64,000 nucleotides of DNA, from positions 65,968,001 through 66,032,000 of the forward strand of contig CM059443.1 of the NCBI GenBank assembly GCA_030390025.1. Reading direction: 5' to 3'. This stretch comes from Squalus acanthias (Eukaryota). The notes beneath the pieces were generated by a model, which saw only the letters and a list, made by a program, of their open reading frames with translations, was not told the origin of the DNA and did no database searches. Within the stretch, counting starts at the first letter, position 1; every line of letters begins with the position of its first letter. The translations under genes and the position numbers were made by a program. Positions 58,627-64,000 of the stretch are shown here, piece by piece.

Positions 58627-61600
58627 CCTGTCAGAAGTTTATCTAACTTGTTTCCAATTCATACAATGCATTCAATTCCAGATTAGATTGCAGTATTCCA
58701 AATGCAGGACGAAGTGTGGCAATTGCTACTTTAGAAGATTAAAAGCTTAAGAAATTTCCGAAACATTTGACATTGTACGTGGCTGCCTATTAGGTTTCTT
58801 GAAAGATAGTTGTGCGCGCGTAATAATAGGCATGGCTATGGCCCACGACCAGAGTAAAATACCACTACTGTAGCTCAGATTGTCTTGCAGACAGATGATT
58901 AATAGTTCAGAGCTTGAATTAACAAGTGAATGAAAAACACGTGAATTATATGAAGGGGAGACACATTAGTGTTGGGAAATGGACACTTTCCACTTTGGAC
59001 ACCCAGTCAGCGTCTACACTAAACACTCCTAGATCAGGTAGCATGGTTAGATACAAGCCATAGCTCTTCTGACTCTGTCCAAATATCCCTCACCTTCAAT
59101 TGGAGCAAGGCACTCCCTGTTGCATCAGTGGGAAATCATTATTTTCCACACCGGCTGTTCTGTTTGCCTCTGATGGGGTTTACAAAATTAGTGCCAGTTC
59201 TGTTCCATTGATCCCTGACCTTTTGGAAACTGGGTTGAAGATCAAGATTTGGAGTTCCAAATGACTGAGTTATCTTCCCTATCCTAAAAGTTGTTACTTC
59301 ACACGTTGGGTCTGCTTTCCAATCAGTTTCAGGCTGTTTAAAAGGGTCAGTGTCTACAGGAGCAGCATGCAACCAGAGCCAAACTAATGGATTCAACGTC
59401 AGTCATCAGATGTCAAATGTTTCTTTTGGTCCATTATAAACACAAGATTTTCTTGAAACATTCCGCAAGGCCTTCTCCACCATCACCAAGTAGCACAAGA
59501 TACTGTAATCGTGGTATTTGGTCATCACTATCAGACTGCTTCAGCTGCACTGTTTATTCAGGAAATATTTTACACAGCACTCGCTCACATGGGGAAAGAT
59601 TCACAATCATCCAGAACATTTAAGTGGCCGCAACTGGACCGTCAATGTAACTGCACAGTAAAGCTATGAGGGAGTTCGCCACTCAGTATCCATCTGACCA
59701 GAATAGAACTTTATTAATTCACAAGTTATTCCAACACCAACATTAAACAGTACTCTCTCCAATTCATTCTTTCCCAAGGCCTCAAATCCTAACCTCTATC
59801 AATCTTCCATTCCTCCACATGCTTTTGACACTCAAGCTTGCCATCACCCAACTACAGCTTCTCCACATCTCTCCTTCTCTCCAACACTTTAAGCTTTTGC
59901 TGTTCTGTGCTATGGGCCTTAGCCTTCATCTAAGTTTATTTAAAAAAAATACTGCCCAGGAAGAACTAGGTTTAAAAAAATGGCAGCTTGGCACCAAATG
60001 CTGAGTGGCTGACTTAACTATAATTTTGCTGTTCGATGCAAGAACTGAAAAGGTAAGATCAAGAAGGTACCACCCCATCTCATTTAATTCACCCCCTTGC
60101 ATTTTCTTTGGTCCATTCTTCAGGTCCAGACAACTTTAGCCTTCCTTCTGCCTAGCCATAAAACCTACTTTTCTCTATTCCCTCCCGAATCAAATGTCTA
60201 ACATTTTTGTGAATGCGTCAGCTTAATGCACATTCATTCCACTAGGTGACAGTCTATTTCATATGAATTTTAAGTGTGAAATAGGTACTTCAGTGCTCTT
60301 TTGCTCTTGTCTCAATTATGTTCCCAGTGAAACACAAAGAACCCCTCTATACCCACCACACCAATTTCAGGATTTTGAAAACCATCAAGTTTCCTGCACT
60401 TCTCCCTCAGCCCCTCCCCAACACCTCCCACTTTGAGATGTCCTGAAGTTGTGAGAGGTGCTATATAAATGCAAGTTCTTTCTTTATCTATTATCCTGAA
60501 GCCACGAGTGTAATACTCTAGTGTCATTTAAGTGGAATTCATTCTTAAAGCAGCACCAAATCCATAATGTAACAGCAGCATTATAAATCTTGTAAGCTTG
60601 CCTCATAGATCAGTGCACGCACACACACGGTCAGAGGTTCAAACCCTCTATGTTGAGTTTTCTAATCTCAGGTAGGGTGGTATATGGATCGTGCAATTGG
60701 CCTCAGGGTTCCTGCTCAAGATCACTATCCAGTAACCACAGAAGGAAGTGTACGTGTTGATGTCAAGCAAGATCAGCATACATTTGGATGTCGGGCTCAG
60801 CTGCGATACCCTGTCCCAACCCCTAGGTGTGAACAGCCCAAGGTGCTCAAATTCACAGAGGCGCTAAACAAGTTGAAGTGCACTATTACAATTATTTGAG
60901 AATTGCACCTTATTCTAGCGGCAATGAAACAGAAAAGGCAGTGTGTGGGGAAAGTTGCGGCAGACTTGCTATTCGAAGATCAAAGGATGGTGGCCTAATT
61001 AAGAGCATCTCTACAGGATCAGCTGGAATTGGGGGGGGGGGGGGGGGGGGGAAAGAGGAGAGATAGGAACAGAAGAAAGAGTGAGGCATTACCAATTTCA
61101 AGCATGTATCAATTTACTTCAACAGTTGCCCCAACCATACCATGAGTATCTTGGGCATCATGCCAAGGATTCAAAGTGAGATGATGAAATTCTCCTATAT
61201 AGATATTTGGGCTGGAGCTCCTCCAATAACACTTTGCCCTCTTCTACACTGGACACTATTAAAATATAATTTCCAATATTTTATGGATGAAAGCTCTAAT
61301 GGGGTTGGGGTGAGGCACTGCATTTTCTAGATTATACGAGGCAGCTGGGCTAGATGTACTGCTATCTTAAGTTCCGTTTTCTTAGCTTTCCATATATCCT
61401 AGACAATTTATCATGTACTTATGAAACTATAAAACATTGAATCATATTGTAGATGGTAAATTTCCTCCAATTTCTTTTGTAGATGTGAAAATGCAACTCT
61501 AACTACGCTTCCAGACAAGTCTCTGCACGTATTGGGAAGAGTGTGGCATTAAATGAGTCCTGCTAATACTTGGATCAATTTGAAATGAAGCAGCTGCATA

Positions 61601-62758
61601 TTCCAACATAAGCGGGTCTTAAAAAAAACCTGTAAAACAAATTGCAAATTTACAATACCTACACAACATCAGTAAGCTGCTCACATGTCCTTGTTGAACT
61701 CAGCCAGCAGCACACTAAAGTTTGTAGTTATGTCAGCTCTAACTTAGCATCAAATGAATGCGAGCAAGACCCTGAATCTGTCTACTTTTGCTCAATCTGA
61801 ACGAGACATAATTATCTCCATGCACTGCAATGTTGCACAGAGGATAATGGCATTACAATCACTTATTCTTCCCATTGATTTTAATTAGTTACATGTGCAT
61901 GGTAAAAGCCCTGAAAATTGTTGAAAGACATCTCAATGGCTGAATAGAATAAAAATTCTTGCCCTTTTACCAGAGTCTATCCAACACTTTCCTTCCCTGA
62001 TGCTATTTCTCTCCCCCCACCTCCCCCACAAAGAATTCCTTATCACCCTGAGTCTACCCTTTGGGATACAATCTACAGACTTTTAAAATCCAAGTGCGGC
62101 TTCATCTTGCCATTACTCAATTTTACCCAGTCTTTCCTTCTTTAACCCCACCCTTGTTGACATCCTGCATGCAGGCCTTGGTTTCTTCAAATTGCCAAAA
62201 AAAAAAATCACCATTTTCTCGACAAAGCACAATACCCATGAAAATCCAGTGTATGGCTCACGTGCAGAATTCACAAAACCCTACAGCACAATAATTATTA
62301 GTTTAGTAACTTGGATTACAGATGATTATAGACAGCAACCATGCCACTGTCAAACTGCACCACAAATAAAATAATGGGAAGACTGTGCAGTGTCACTGGT
62401 AAAAATGAAAATTTGCAGAGTTTAAGCTCAGGATCTATGTTGAATAAATGTGCACAGCATCTTACGTTTTTTTTAATGAATTGCACAGTTGAGCAAATCA
62501 CCATCCGTGCCCACTGTTTAAAAAAAACTTCAGTAAAGTCATTAGCCGTTACTATTTCTGCTTTTTAGAAAAAAAATTGTTGGTACTGGATGTGTAAGGT
62601 TTGAGGAGTCACTGGCCCCAACCATGGGAGTTGAATTTCTGTACAGATAAATCTAGTTTAGTATTACAAAGACAAAATTTAATTTGCTCAATCAAGTGTC
62701 CGTTTCTTTTGAGTGAACTGCCCCTCCTCGGAGACTCCACTTTCCCCAAGCCCTACAT

Positions 62759-62977
62759 CTAGTTTTACTTCAAAAGTCTGCAAAACTGCACGCACCACTT
62801 ACCTACACGCAAGCAGTGCATGCCCCAGGAGTAGATGTCAGTCTTTTGGTTTCAATGTTACAGCGTGGTTGTGTCCTCGCACGAACATTTAAAAAAAAAA
62901 TCTATTCCTGAGGCATGCACCACTTGAGTGTAGTTAAGTGCTGGGTGCAGTTTTGCAGACTTTTGAAGTAAAACTAG
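62759..62977. repeat. Long inverted repeat (foldback or MITE): 78-bp arms, 63-bp loop
   Basis: 62759-62836 pairs with 62900-62977; outer 33 bp are perfect, 70/78 overall. Confidence 0.92.
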
Positions 62978-64000
62978 GTTTATGATCCCAGTGTAACAAA
63001 TTCTTGGTATCCTAATTTCAACAGCTATACAAAAACTAGTTTCATCTTGGAGTGGCTTAATCAGAAATAATATTGCTTTGTGGAGGAGAACAAGAACTGA
63101 GGAACAAACTGCATCAGAACAAATCAGATTATGGAAACTGGAAATGCTACAAACAAAAAGGATAACTCAGCAAAAAGCAAAAATAAACACAGGTTTGTTT
63201 CAAACGGACAGCTCCGGACGTTAACCTGTATGTTTCTTCTCTTTTCAGAGACACTCTGATCTGCTGTATATTTCTGCCTAATTCAGACTTGAACTTTGCT
63301 CACCACCGCACCCCCCCCCCACTTTTTAAAATCAGATAGCGCTTGCCTGCCTTTTCAAAAAGGTCATCTTTAGCTCACTGGAGCCAAGGTAAAAAAAATC
63401 TGTCCACTTTCCATTAGTCATTCAAGGTTCGGGTCAAAGCCACATTAAAAGGGGGGGGGGGGGGGGAGCACACAGCACGCATTCTACAAAGCACTGTGGT
63501 TCATGTTTACTGTCTCAATCACCCTGGGTAGGCTGGTGTTGACACATCTTCAAGCGAACATGCAGGCAGCTAGCCATACTAGTTGCACAACACAATCTTC
63601 AAAAACGAACAGCAAAAACATTGCACAGTTCAAACAGAGATTAGCTCTGGCATATCAGATCTTACATTTTAATGCAATCCATCTCTCACTCAGAGCACAA
63701 CTCAGTGATCTATGTTTTTAGTTTAAGAGGCAATAAATCTCCCCCCACTTACCAGCCTTGGGAATAAAACTCCAAATTGTACCACAAACATTTCAACTTT
63801 TGTATTATTTTCCCCTTTTGTTGATACTTAGATATTTAAGCTACAACAGTCATAACTATCGGCATTACCCAGAGTTAAATGATGTCTCTTTCCTAATGCT
63901 GCCAGATAGGTGTGGAGTCAGTCCCTGCCCCATTCCTGGTTGTTCTGGTCACCAGTGCCCAGTCCAGAAACCAATCTGAAATGGTCTCTTTTCTCCTACT

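Noticed and set aside
52400-64000. First coding exon of the furin-like gene (signal peptide and NTWAV...LGQ motif)
   Set aside because: Candidate minus-strand donors near 55086, 56910, 62801 and 63751 give no furin-like translation that I could see; the exon probably lies beyond the window.

Overview
Eukaryotic vertebrate DNA, very probably a cartilaginous fish (shark), inferred from the repeat content (HE1-type V-SINE, SacSINE1-type Deu-SINE, CR1/L2 LINEs, a 67-bp minisatellite). One protein-coding gene is supported: a minus-strand furin-type proprotein convertase (PCSK family). It has 14 coding exons from 52367 down to the stop at 16502, all with GT-AG junctions, splicing in frame to 2199 nt (732 aa plus stop). 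The exon sizes match human FURIN exons 3-14 as I recall them. I could not find the first coding (signal peptide) exon, which probably lies beyond 64000. The rest of the window is introns, a probable long 3' UTR and intergenic DNA filled with SINEs, LINE fragments, MITEs and Penelope remnants, plus a 401-N gap. I found no clearly new biological system. The most notable observations are two tandem arrays that grew inside dispersed elements, a small inversion with inverted duplicated breakpoints inside a LINE, a 78-bp-arm foldback, an altered His-rich furin prodomain, and uncertainty over which furin/PCSK4 paralogue this is. Repeat family names and reference-protein comparisons come from recalled sequences, and repeat boundaries are approximate.
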